Shown here: piece by piece, positions 24,386 to 36,955 of the stretch
Numbering within the stretch: the first letter of the stretch is position 1
Layout of the letters: each line of letters starts with the position of its first letter
Position numbers and translations under genes: made by a program
Source of the DNA: Alloascoidea hylecoeti
Lineage: Eukaryota
Assembly: GCA_001600815.1 (NCBI GenBank)
Contig: BCKZ01000007.1
Span: forward strand, 372,001-436,000
Direction: 5' to 3'
Length of the DNA stretch: 64,000 nucleotides
Notes under the pieces: model-generated
Seen by the model: the letters and a program-made list of their open reading frames with translations, nothing else
What the model was told of the DNA's origin: nothing
Databases searched by the model: none

Positions 24386-27239
24386 TTATTATGGAGTATT
24401 CATAAATCTGAAGGTCTTTTGGTGAAGAACAGGTAAGAGCCGGGAGAAGGTGTTTATAAATACATCAAAATTTATTAGAACGAACAATGCATGTGAGTGG
24501 AGCGAAATCAAGCAAACTTAAATTAGTTGAATGGCTGCATACAGTAACCCTGATGTCTCACCTCACTACTTTTGCCAAACGGCTTCCCCTTTAAAATCTA
24601 TCAAATCTAAAACCTACTTCTCCTTATCAGCTATTTTGCCCAAATCACGCCCACAACTCTGAACCATTTTATAGTTAATCTAGTTGCACGACCATTAATA
24701 CCCGCCTGCATCAAAAATCGTCTAGAGCTAAATCTGTTCCAAGTAAAACTCTTTCCAGTAGATCTTTCATGACATGTACAATTAAAATTGTGATATATGT
24801 ATGATATAACGTATAACTCGTTATAGTTTTTATTGTGCCATATTAATCTCAGTTACATAATTTCTTCTTTTTTTTAATGTTGCAATTGCCCTTTAAATTT
24901 TACTTTTTTTCGAATTTTCTTCCCATTGTCTTGGTCAGCTTTTAATTATAATTATGATGGACCCTCGCGTTCAATAAATATGTTATATGCATATGGTTTA
25001 TAATTATCAGATTTTCATATGCCTAATACCCTATGTGTAACGAATCTGACGATGTGTTTTTCAATTGTCATTAATGTATTTTATTTCAAAATGGTGATAT
25101 GCCTAATCATTCACATATATAGTGATCATCTTCTATAGGTATCTTTCCTTTGTAGTTTGAAGCTAGGTATACATATGACCACTTTTACCAACCCTAAATA
25201 TTAGTTCGGCCTTGCGCATGATCCTAATAAACATTCAAATATAAGTAAGCAGCTGACCATACGCTATAAAATTTAATATAGGAGTTAATGGGTTCTTCAT
25301 TTTCATTGTGTTTCTTAAAGGGAATTGGTTACTATAGTACTCCATATGGCCGCGGGGTTTTATTCTTCTTTTCCGCTGCAGCGGTTAATTAGATACTACG
25401 TTAATAGCAATTTGATTTTATCGGCTAGGTTAACTATTTTGGGTAGTCGTGGTCAATTCTATTATATATTACAACGTAAAGCTACACTGCCTGTATAAAT
25501 ATACCAACTGCAGAGCTTTCATGACCTAATATCTATATAGGAATTTGATTAATATTAGTTGAAATTAAGCCGCTCATATAGGCCTATTAGTCAATTTTAG
25601 TTGAACTTGCAATTGCAATTTGGCAATCTGGATAACAAGTACCAGCAACATCGATCTGGATTTGTAATTCGATTATATAAATGTACTTCGCCCCTTGAAT
25701 ATAAAGCTAATTGTACTAGGGGTGTTCTGTTAATTATAAATAGGTATTGCCAAGTGCACCTTAATACATATTGTAACATGGTGCAACATGCCGGAGCTGT
25801 GAGGTTTAGCACATTATAATTGCAGATAGATTTCTTGTTCTATAAATTCAACGACAAAACTTCTAGAACTCTTTATTTATGTTAAATAACAATATTCTAT
25901 TTCTATACTTCATAATATAACTTACAGTTACACCTAAGAATTATAATACTAGTGTTTGAGGAAAATTCTAAAGTTTTAGTTAAGTTTCCTGAATTCGAAA
26001 TTAAGACTGTAACGTTTATCAATTATTGGCAATCAAAGTAACTTACAGACCCATATATGTATGTTCCGCTAAAATCTTTAGTGAGCTCAACTCAACTGTC
26101 ATCTTGACCCATAAACTTTAATTATACCGGTATTGATTTAGAATTAAATAGTCCGAGCGCATACTCTTTATAAACTTGCTTAAACACAATTCAGTTACAT
26201 AAATATTTTCCGTCAATGACTAATATTCGGATACGTGTTTCCAAATTCGTATTTTCTAATCATCATTAATCATCATGATCATTGATCATAATGCGATTAG
26301 TATATGTAGGTTATAATCAGCTGTATACGCAGCTATTCAAGTCACTCATCTCATGCTACTAAACGATCTAATGTTTAATCTCATTGATATAAACTAAGAT
26401 AGTACACTCGCAACAGCTATGGATAGATAGCGCCAAGGATCATTACACCGACTTATTGATGATTAACCAAATTTCAGATTCGGTTACAATTTACAATCAC
26501 AATATTGAATATTATATACCATACTTTAATCACTTTATATTTCGGATTAATTTCAATTGCATAGTTTTCTGCAGGTAATAAATGTTTAATTTTCTTTTCG
26601 GCTATAACTAATTCACGCTAAATAAAAAATTAATATCAACTAGATCCGGATCAACCCATGATGAAAAACATCGATCCGATCAACGTCACGTGTAATATAA
26701 TTTTATGGCCGGGTAAATATAGAAATCGGGATTTTTCTTTGAAAGTTGGCCGGGCCATATCATATGCATCAAGGTGACCCATTTCTTTATCAACTCAACA
26801 ATTTTCCGTGATGAAATTCTTAACAACTGTTAAGGTTATATCCGACCAGCATTTTTAATTCGTTACCATGGATAAAAATTAAAGTACTGTTGTAAAAAAG
26901 CACTATGGCATGGCAGATATAACTTCCCGGGAAACTGCACTGAACATTCAGTAACAGGTGGAAAATAATAGCCATTATTATATCGGCAGAGGATTCATTT
27001 TATTTTTTTGAGTGACAGCTATGGCCTTTAAGCTTATATGATGTAACTATACGTAATATACAACCTATTTATAGTTAAAAATTATAACTGTGACAAGCGC
27101 CGCTACATTTTCAAGAACGTCTTGACGAGACCGATCCACCAGTAACTGATAGATCTGAAATATCCGAGAAATTAAAATTCATATCCTAATCAATTAAAAT
27201 TTCCCTTTATTGTTTGTTTGTTCACTTTTTTTCAACTTC

Positions 27240-28290
27240 AAAGACAGTTTCGGTTGGTCCACCTATTGTATGCTATGAGTGCCAAGGTCTTTCGCATGCA
27301 GCTTCTGCGACTCTTAGAGTTGAGCGAGAGTCTTCTCTAGTTTGAGGATCTTCAAGCTACTCATAATTAGAACATTGCTCATATGATCATGATCAGAACA
27401 CTTGGCACGGAATTCGAATTCGAATATACAATCTTCTTAAGCTTAATTATATAACTATTTTATAAACGTTATATTTCAAAAAAGTGTAAAGAATGTGTTG
27501 AAGGTGATTATAATTTTGTTAAATCATCCTGTAAATTTAAGACTTTATTTTTCGCAAGTTTCTTTTGTTAACGTTTGCTTTTGGTAAATTAAAATTAATC
27601 ACAATAAAAATCGATCCAAAAAAAGAATAAATTATTCCATTCTGGAATATACTTTGAAGCTTAATCTAGGTATAAACAATTCAACTCCTCCATTACTCTT
27701 AAAATCAAATATTGTTTCTTAAACCGGGATAAGATCTGACCATGATAGTTCAGTTCCAGATGCACAATAAGACAATTAGAGATCCAGGAGATTTTTCGAT
27801 CTTTTCGAATTCATAAGGAAGGATTTTGAAGGAAATAGTTCGAATTGCTGTAAATGTCTTCTACTTCAAATTCTGTAATATATACAGTATATATATCCCA
27901 TTACTGTAAATGATATCTCCCACAATGATTAATAATTTAATATGGCCACAGTCACTTAACTTTATAACTATGCATGTTTCATAGTACTCCATCTACTCTA
28001 AAAAATGAATGTTAAACAGTTTAGATGTTTACCGGAAGATATTACATATCAATAATGGTTACAGGCAGGAATGAAAAGATGTGGTCTGAATTCTAACTAC
28101 TGGAATTTTCAATATTGTGCTATATTCCCCACATTTTGATATAAAAAAAATATTCGACCAGTCGTTTCACTTAATTTAGGCCACCTTTATGTCAAACAGA
28201 ACACGATCACTCAAGATGAAATAGATGTCCTTCAACATAGAGAATTAATTGAACAAGGAAATTGGGCATCCCTTATTTTAAGGTCGTTAG
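27240..28290 (+). mobile_element. Possible decayed LTR-retrotransposon (Ty3/Gypsy-like) fragments
   Basis: CYECQGLSH at 27271 is a partial CX2CX4H gag knuckle. Downstream, QDEIDVLQHRELIEQGNWAS at 28212 resembles the start of Gypsy RT (EI..LL..G.I..S.WASP). Confidence 0.3.
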
Positions 28291-28949
28291 AGGACTTTCA
28301 GTATAAGAGAAAGTCGATGTTCCTTTGTAATCTTATATGGTATAACTACATTAGTAGTGTTGTGGTCTGATCTATGTAACTTTCTTGGTATTCGTTGTAG
28401 TATATTGATTAATTATAAATATGTGAAGTGCTTTTAGAGCTTAGGGTTTAAATCTCGTGTTATGAGTACGCAGCAGTTTGATTCTCTTATATTTAATCAA
28501 AAGGGCCGATTGTTTGATTGTTCTTAGTTTTCTCTTTTAATAAAAGTTATTTTTTTTGATGTGTATGACTTTTATGGTGAAGTGCAATATTAATTTCAAT
28601 ATATTTAGAGCTTTTTTAAATATTTTCATGTTGTACATTTCTATCTCAGACGAGTGAAACCAGTACTCTTACAATTAGATTTTGTTTCTTTTAGAAATGA
28701 AGGATGAACCTGTGTACAATCCATAGCTAGGCCTGCAGAAATCCATTCTATAATCATGGAATAGTTACACTTTAGTCTGAAGGTTCGACTACAGTAAATA
28801 ACTTTAATAGTCGGCCGCAAATGCAGTTGAAAGTTTTATACTTAAAAGGACCATGTCAGAACTGTTGGGAGTAACTTCAAAAATCCCAACCTCTACATGG
28901 AAATGAGCCATACTTGGTACATGTAGTTCTATTATAGGTTTTGGGGTAA

Positions 28950-29680
28950 CGTAGTCCGCCGAAGAAATCACTTTTCAACATCCTTACCCTCTTCCATTTA
29001 TCCATTGAATTATATTATACTATCTAGCGTAAATTAATTGTAATTCCAAAAACTGTAGAATGATTCTCAATGAGAAACTCGACTGAGAGACGCTTCACTG
29101 AAGCCGGTAATATGCGCATTTATAGTATGCGAAATGATTTTATGTTCTTCAACTGTGAGATTTCTGAAAATATCAACGCATCCCGCGATGCTGACTATTT
29201 TTACTCACGCTACTAAAGGGTCAAATGCTTGGAGGGCAAAAACCCGTGGAAGAAAGCCGGCAAATAAACCTAGGTCCGCAAGGCACTTGGCACGTATGGC
29301 GCTTATTCTTGATCTGCCACTGGGAAATATGGCGAAACAATTTCTCATGAAACATTTGGCGAAATCTTCAGGAAAAAAATAGCCTTCACGCAAGATAATG
29401 CTCCTAATCATAAATCTGATGTTATCATGTCGTGGAGCGAAGAGGAGGCTAGGGATTTTGAAGTGATGTAATGGTCTGCATATATACAGTATAGCCAGGA
29501 TCTGATCTTAAATGGAAAGATGTGAAAAAGAATCACCAGCAAAGATAAACCGGCGCTTGTACAACTGCCGGGGTCAGGAAAAGAAAGGTGGATCAACTTC
29601 AAGGCTACACTACAGCTAGTAGGTATTTTGAGGTCATCGGCTCAAACTTCTACTCCAAGTTTATATCTTGAATGACAAAG
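28950..29680 (+). mobile_element. Decayed Tc1/mariner DDE transposase relic
   Basis: FTQDNAPNHKSDVIMSW...EVM*WSA..YSQDL from 29385 matches F.QDNAP.H.S....W...V..WP..SPDL. It shows DNA similarity to the copy at 44 kb. Confidence 0.75.
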
Positions 29681-32600
29681 GTGGTGATCATTTGGCGGGT
29701 GGAGCCGCAAACATTCCTCTTGATATGCTGGAAATGGCATGGTTAAAGAAAGGTAATCTGGACCATTCCTTTCTTCCATAAAAAGTATTATGCTACTTTA
29801 ATAAATTTGTATAATCTATGACTGAATTAATATCTAGAAAGGTACTTGGATTTAACATTATTTCTAATTCAAGCTGTATTTCCGTTTAAGTTACCCTGAT
29901 TGTGAAGCTAATTCTTTTAAGATTTTTTTTACTTCATGCATATAATTAAGCTTAATATGGCAACTAGCCAAATTGAATTTTTGAGATTTTTAAAATACAC
30001 TTGCACCTGAAATTAAATTTTAAATTGTATGATAAGCTTGAAATAACATTCAATTTCTCGTAGTTTTTGAAATTCAGGTCATTAGATGTTATGATTAGCC
30101 TAATGGGAGTTATTCTTTATAAATTAAATTTATACTTGTTTCAGAGTTATAATTAGCAGTTGAGATATTTTAGATATAGATTTATTTCCAAGTACAATTC
30201 CAGATCTTGGCAGCTGTCTTTAAGCTTTATTTATGGCAATGTATAACACCACATAATTAATGGAAATTGGAGATCTTATTCGCCTTAATATATAATATTT
30301 TCTTTCAAGCTTATATAAATTCCGACTAGATGCTCTAATTTTAATTATAAACCACAGCTTGTTTTGTGCTATATGGTAGTAAATATATTGCTTCTAATTA
30401 ATTATGCATATACACAATTATTAATTTGAGGGAAAATTTAAACAAATACTATTTTGTTTATGTAATAAATTACAACTATGAAGTTTATAATAGCTGATAT
30501 TGATACAGACTATCCATATAGCTATATATATCTAAATCACAAAATCATTATGATAATCACCCTAGTCCTATAGGTATATAAATTTATATTTCATTGAAAC
30601 TGTTGATAATTATATCGTACTACATACCAGCATACCAAGATTTCTTGAAATAATATAAACTATTTGATCTGTGTCTGTACGATTATTTAGCAATATCTCA
30701 ATCGCAATTAATCTGATTAATATTGTGCATCAACTTCAAGTCTAATCAATTGTTAAATGTCTTTATGATTCATGATCTAACTCTATATCTAACAAAAAAA
30801 TGCAGCTGATGGCAACATCTAAATATCTATTATCTAGAGCTGCAGCTAATCGGCAAAATATATATCTATTATCCATAATTCCACGTTGGCCTCATTAATT
30901 AATATATGTGTATATGTATTGCATCATTGATATTTTATAATGATTAAGAATCAAGATATATGTGAGATATGTATAATTGATTCGAAGTTTGGTATTATGG
31001 AGTATGATGTGAAATTATTACCAATTTGGGACTGTGCAGGTTATTGATATGTTTAATCTAGCGCTATCACAGCAATTATTGAATAATTCAAGTTTGTTTA
31101 ATTTGCAGTAGTATTTAAATAGGGCATGTTAATTATTTGAAAAAATCGTTTAGTATAATAGTATAGTTAGCTAAGGAGAATATTGGTAAAATCATATCAC
31201 AACGAACCCAATGTAGAGCTCCAGCGCAAAACATGGAGCAATGAGTACCCAGCTGCTTTATATTGCTATAAGGTCCTTATATATATTTGCGCTGATATCA
31301 CATTGCCAAATCCGATTATAGAAGTTGCAGCTTATTAGCATTACAAAATTTTTGTTGTAACTCATCATATCTAGCGTCTATAATTCCGCTTTATAAATTT
31401 AAATTCCATACTAATATATATCTTCATTTCGTAGTTAACTTGAGGGTATATATATATTTAAAGGTATATGTATATTTAAAGGTATATTTATTATAATAAT
31501 TATAATGACAACCATAAAGGGGAGACTATTTTTCTTATATAAGCTATGGCTATAAGATAAGGCTGCGGCCGAAAGTTGGCGATAAGTTTGGAATGGAATA
31601 TAACCTTATTTATTATGTATGATATGATTGTAATAAGTTTTATTATAATAAGTACTACATTGATTTCAAGGAAAATTTAAAGGTCAACTAAAAAATTCTC
31701 TGCGATTCATGAACGTTGTAATTGCAATTAAGCTCAAAGCTTTTGTAGTTAATAAATATTAATCATTCTAGTGTAAGATATTACACCCACTTATCTCCAT
31801 TAAATACCTTTAAATAGTCTATGTTTCGTTAATAAATTTAAAGGCTTTGAGATAATCTTCAGATTTTGCTACTCGTGTGTTCATCACACGTACAGTAATA
31901 ATATTCCATTGAATTAATTTGCCCCACATAAAGACTTACAAGCTTTAGTTGTTACGATAACCGGCATGCCGATCTCGAATAAAAATAAAATGTCCATGCC
32001 AATATTAATCGTTTAATCATATATTAAGCTTATAATTAAGTACATTCCATAATGGGCTTAATTATTCATTAATTTACCAATTAATTACGGGTAAATTTTA
32101 GGAGATATTAATAGGTATAATTTGGAGTATAATTTCTACTTATTTTACTCGCTTAGATATTTCGAATTTATTTGAGTTTTTTTCCTTTGTTGCTCCTAAC
32201 GTCAAAATTTGAAGCCTAACTAAACCCACTTTTAATCAGATCGAAATATTATGTTGGTGAAAGTGAAACCTTAAATTACAAAAACAATATTAAATGTCAC
32301 CAAGGAAATCGTCGATTTTTTCTTTCATATAAATTTAAGATTATAATGATGAAGATAGATATATTAGCCGTATTATTTTTGCACGTGGTCAATTAATCCT
32401 AATTAACCTTATTACTTTATTTATCCTAACTGCATTTTCAATCAATCAAGCACAAACATTTTATAGTGATATCGATAACTATTATGGCTCTATTGATAAC
32501 TATTATCGCTAGTTATCATAAATATTATATCTTTAATATATTAGTGCAGAAAGTGGAGGGTACCATTATATGTAACTCCATTAAATTGTAATCTTTTCTT

Positions 32601-34266
32601 ATTCTTTAGATCTATAATCAAGAATTAGTTACAGTCGGTATTTTTATAAATTTCAATTATTATTATATATTTATGCAATTGAACCTTTGGAAGCACTGAG
32701 TCTTAGTAATTCGAACTTCGAGGTGGAGAACAAATTACGTGGTTTGATTAATTCTATCAAAATTTCATTTTTATAATATGGAATGATTCTTGGATCCTCT
32801 TTAACAATTAACAAATAGGCTTCTAGACTTGAGCATACATTAATAGTATTAATTCTATAGGCTACAGTTGTTAATTTATATTTAAATGGAGTCAGTCTTG
32901 ATCCAATAGCATTCAAGAGAATGATAACAAAAGTGCGAACATATTATGACATTTATATTAATTATAATACGAGTTAATATTTCAGAACTTTGTCATATTA
33001 ACTCTATTATATAAAAGTTCAATAATTATAATGGAATATATATATGACATCAAAGACTTTAAATTTTTAAATAATATGTATATAATAGCGAAGGTTGAAC
33101 ATTAAATATTTAAAATTTGCATTAATTGTGAAACCCAATTGCATTATAATAACAAGTTCGTGTCTATGCTCGTCATCGTCGTCGTTCACGCGTAGAAGTA
33201 AAAGTATGAAGAAGTCTAGCTTGTACTTACATTATTATAGTGTTTGTGACATGGATTGTTTAAGCCTACTTGATCTTCCAATTAATTGCAATTGTGCCTG
33301 CAAATCAGAATCCTTTGACCATCAAACAATTGGAACAAACAAACGTCATGTATATTCTCAAATGATGTTGAGGGGTAGCCATTCAGATACATGTAAGAAT
33401 ATCGAACTATGGCTGAGTTTCATCATAAATGTTAAACGTGTTGTATTAACATTTGATATTTAAAAGAAAGTAAATATATGGATAAATAATTATTGTATCG
33501 TGACCACAAACTTAATTAAAAATATTATACGGGGAATCATAATTTAAAAACGGTAAATACATAATAAATAAAGGTGTGGTTGAAATATTACTTTTAGCTG
33601 ATCGATCCAATAAATCTTTAAATATAATATGCATATGCTCTACAACATATTATAGAATAAAAAAGAGGCTTGCATTAATAAAGATTTATAGCCACAATTA
33701 TCGATATCAACAAATGGTAAAGTCCATTTATTTCAATTTCAATACTCCATCAAAGATTCATTATAAAGCTATTTATAATGTTAATTTAGAAGTTGTACAT
33801 GCATATGAGTATATAAATAATAATAACAGCAATTATAATGTGCACAAAGCCCAGCTGCAGCATACAGTTACGTTGCTAGGATTACATGGGTATATGCCAT
33901 GTCTTAACTGCAACTGCATCTTATTTTTGTAACATTTATGTGTCGACTCATGATCAAGACTCGTGAGACTTGAACAACTGCAGTAAGTTTAAAGTAAAGT
34001 TTTAGCAACAGGCTTCGGAATACTATAATATCTTTAAAAGAAGTTTAAGTATTTAAATTCATTTTATATATGAATAGTGACATAATTATAACTTATAATT
34101 AAGATTAACTGTTACTTTGTTTTAGAGGTGGGAGAAATCAGAATAATTTTAACCTCTCCCAATGTATTCGTACATTTCAAAATATATTTAATTACGGGTG
34201 TAATTTAAGATTGTGGAATGTTATTGGCTCCAGCTTTACTTACAATAACGAAAATAAAATAACCGC

Positions 34267-34368
34267 TATAACTTATAAATATAACTTATAAATATAACTT
34301 ACAGATATCAAGTAGATGATATGTTATAATCTAGCTAGTTATACTTAATAGTTATACTTAATAGTTAT
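34267..34368. repeat. Short AT-rich tandem duplications (13-mers tataacttataaa and tagttatacttaa)
   Basis: Two to three consecutive copies of each unit are directly visible. Confidence 0.7.
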
Positions 34369-35568
34369 TATTATACGAGAGCTTCAGGTTCGAGGATGAA
34401 TAATTCTTCCGAAACGGATAACACCTACATAAGTTCAGTTAGTAACGATATTTGAACCTTCAATTGTGGCTTGTTGGATTTGATTACGTAATGAGGTTTC
34501 GGTGTTAATCTGGAACCTCCCAAATTTAGCTACCACAAAACACGATCACGTTACCCTTGTTATAAAGCTGTAATTAATCCACCAATATTAATATTGATTT
34601 ATAGAAGTATACAAGAGTACATTATAAATAAATACGTAACCTGAACCAAGTTTTTCAGTGATTATATTACATTAATTATGTTATTCAGTAGTACTGGTGA
34701 GTTATTCAGCTTATCGATCAATAAATGCCATTAATTAAGGTACTTCAAAATACATCCCTCGAACTTGCAATCAAACTCTCTAAGAACTAGGATTATTGGT
34801 CAGGTTTTATAACTTATAAATTAAAGTAGGAAGTTCCATACTAAATATCATGGATAGGTCAAGGGAGAAAATGAATGAACATGTTGATATGCATGATCCA
34901 ACCGTAAATAGAGCGCCTAAAGTTATGAAATACAGGGGAATTTATTGTAAAGTGAACTTAATCATGAGTTGTATATCCCGTATTCAGATATATATATTTA
35001 ATTTCTAATAATAATATTATTCTTTGTTATCGTTATGTTAAACGTGAGACAGATCTAGAAAGTAGCTAGTTATCGTTAAAATTTCACTAAAATGTTAATT
35101 GTAGAACGTTGCAAATCTCATGATCAAAATGTTTAATAGGTGTTTAAATGTGAATAAATTTATAAAAACTCAAGTGCTTTATATTAATTTGTGTAGACCG
35201 TAATTCGGTCATTTTCTCAACAATACCATTAATATTTTTAATGCTTATAATTAAATATATGAGTTGTTGTAGAGTCGATCTCTTATTCTCTTATATAACG
35301 TTGAATTGCATATTGATCGATGTGGCTAAATTTCAGACTCATTTCGAAATTTAAGTTGGCGTGGATTTAATTAAATATCAATGGAACCAGGTCCGTTTTC
35401 TCTTGAGGGAATCGCCGGTCATTGCGATTAATATTGGTATAAAATAGTGTGTTTTTTGGACTAGACATTTCCGGATACAATTACAATCACAATTGAAATA
35501 TTATGATTGTTTATAATAATAGAGTATCGCGTATTTGATCGTTGAGCTGGCTGGAGCCTGGAGGGAAA

Positions 35569-35673
35569 ATGCGCGTGCGTGAGCTGCGCAACTTTCGCAG
35601 AGTGCGCTGCGTTAGTGCGGCCCGAAGAGGAAAGGTAGGTGAAACGTTGCATGTTACGCGTCGCCGCGCATGA
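35569..35673 (+). other. GC-rich island containing a 34-codon Arg-rich ORF upstream of SFP1
   Basis: aaaATG start, translating to MRVRELRNFRRVRCVSAARRGKVGETLHVTRRRA*. Function is unproven. Confidence 0.4.
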
Positions 35674-35818
35674 TGCAGTGCAGACGCACGAGAAAAGCAT
35701 GTATTATAATTGTGCGTGTAAATTTCAGTTTAATTTTGGAGATGGGGGACTATATATTTCAAACATCCCCCAGCACTTTGATTTTTTTTCCAATTCAGTT
35801 GGAATCGTCGATATATAA

Positions 35819-36955
35819 ATGCAATTTCAGTGCCAAGTTGAAGATTACTCCGTCCACTCAGATGGTATCAACACAAAACCAATTCCAATCGACTTTTCCA
35901 AAACAAAGTCCTCCAGCTTCAAACTGAAAAAGGAGTCAATTGCCTATTCTCAGGGAGTTGGTGGCATTTCTTGGGGTTCCCACGCTATCGGAAGTTGGAT
36001 TAGAGATGAGCTTTCTGTCAACGACCATGCCACCGCCCTAGCCTTGGGCGACCACCTCCTACCTCCCTCCAATTCAAACAACATGCCAACAAACTCATAT
36101 TCCCAATCTCCGATGCTCACTTCCTCATACTTCCCAAAGTTAGAAAACAACTACTGCCGAAATTATAACTGTTGCGGACAAATTCTCTCAAACTTGCACG
36201 AGCTTCTAAGACATTACGAAGAGTCGCATATTACCATGTCAACCTCCTCCTCAAACGACAAGCACGGGTCACACAACAATGAAACCGATTCATACATATC
36301 CCCGGCCGTTTCTGGTGCTGCCACTCCCACAAGAATCTCCAACGATGAAAAGTCGTTTAAAAAACAGATGCGATATGCGAATGACTACTCATATACTCCA
36401 TACTACGATACTGTACCCACGAATGATGTTTTCCTAATGAATGGAAATGATGCTTATAACTCTCCTGATTCCTTATCGTTATTGATGGATGACGAATCAA
36501 TCATGCATCATGAAATAAATAGTCCTATAGGAGACGAAGATGGTGATGTTTCTATGGCTGATGATATACTACCGATGAGTTTATCCACTCAGGCTAGGAA
36601 AAGGCAACTACACCGACAAAATCAACAACAATCACGATGTATTGACGATCCTGCTCGTCATTTATATGTATTGGAAAAGGATGAAGATAAACCATTTAGA
36701 TGTCAAGTTATTGGCTGTAACAAGGCTTATAAGAACCTAAATGGCTTAAAATATCATAAAAGTCACGGTCACAAAGGTCAAAAATTATTAAATAATGGAA
36801 ACGGGACGATTTCCGTGATTGATCCAGATTCAAACTGTCCATATCCGGAAGGAGCTGATATTGAAAAAGATAAACCTCACCGGTGTGAAATCTGCGGTAA
36901 GCGGTATAAGAACTTGAATGGTTTAAAATATCATAGAGGTCACACTCATCATTGA
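35819..36955 (+). CDS. SFP1: Split C2H2 zinc-finger transcription factor Sfp1
   Basis: KPFRCQVIGCNKAYKNLNGLKYHKSHGH and KPHRCEICGKRYKNLNGLKYH, with an upstream CCG..LHELLRHYEESH finger. Confidence 0.9.
   Translation: MQFQCQVEDYSVHSDGINTKPIPIDFSKTKSSSFKLKKESIAYSQGVGGISWGSHAIGSWIRDELSVNDHATALALGDHLLPPSNSNNMPTNSYSQSPMLTSSYFPKLENNYCRNYNCCGQILSNLHELLRHYEESHITMSTSSSNDKHGSHNNETDSYISPAVSGAATPTRISNDEKSFKKQMRYANDYSYTPYYDTVPTNDVFLMNGNDAYNSPDSLSLLMDDESIMHHEINSPIGDEDGDVSMADDILPMSLSTQARKRQLHRQNQQQSRCIDDPARHLYVLEKDEDKPFRCQVIGCNKAYKNLNGLKYHKSHGHKGQKLLNNGNGTISVIDPDSNCPYPEGADIEKDKPHRCEICGKRYKNLNGLKYHRGHTHH

Noticed and set aside
26685..26810. Point centromere (CDEI GTCACGTG with a downstream TTCCG)
   Set aside because: The spacer is not the >90% AT CDEII, no CDEIII consensus is present, and point centromeres are restricted to Saccharomycetaceae.
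32671..33932. ORFs of 81-122 aa in the desert
   Set aside because: Non-ATG starts and compositions typical of random AT-rich DNA, with no motifs.
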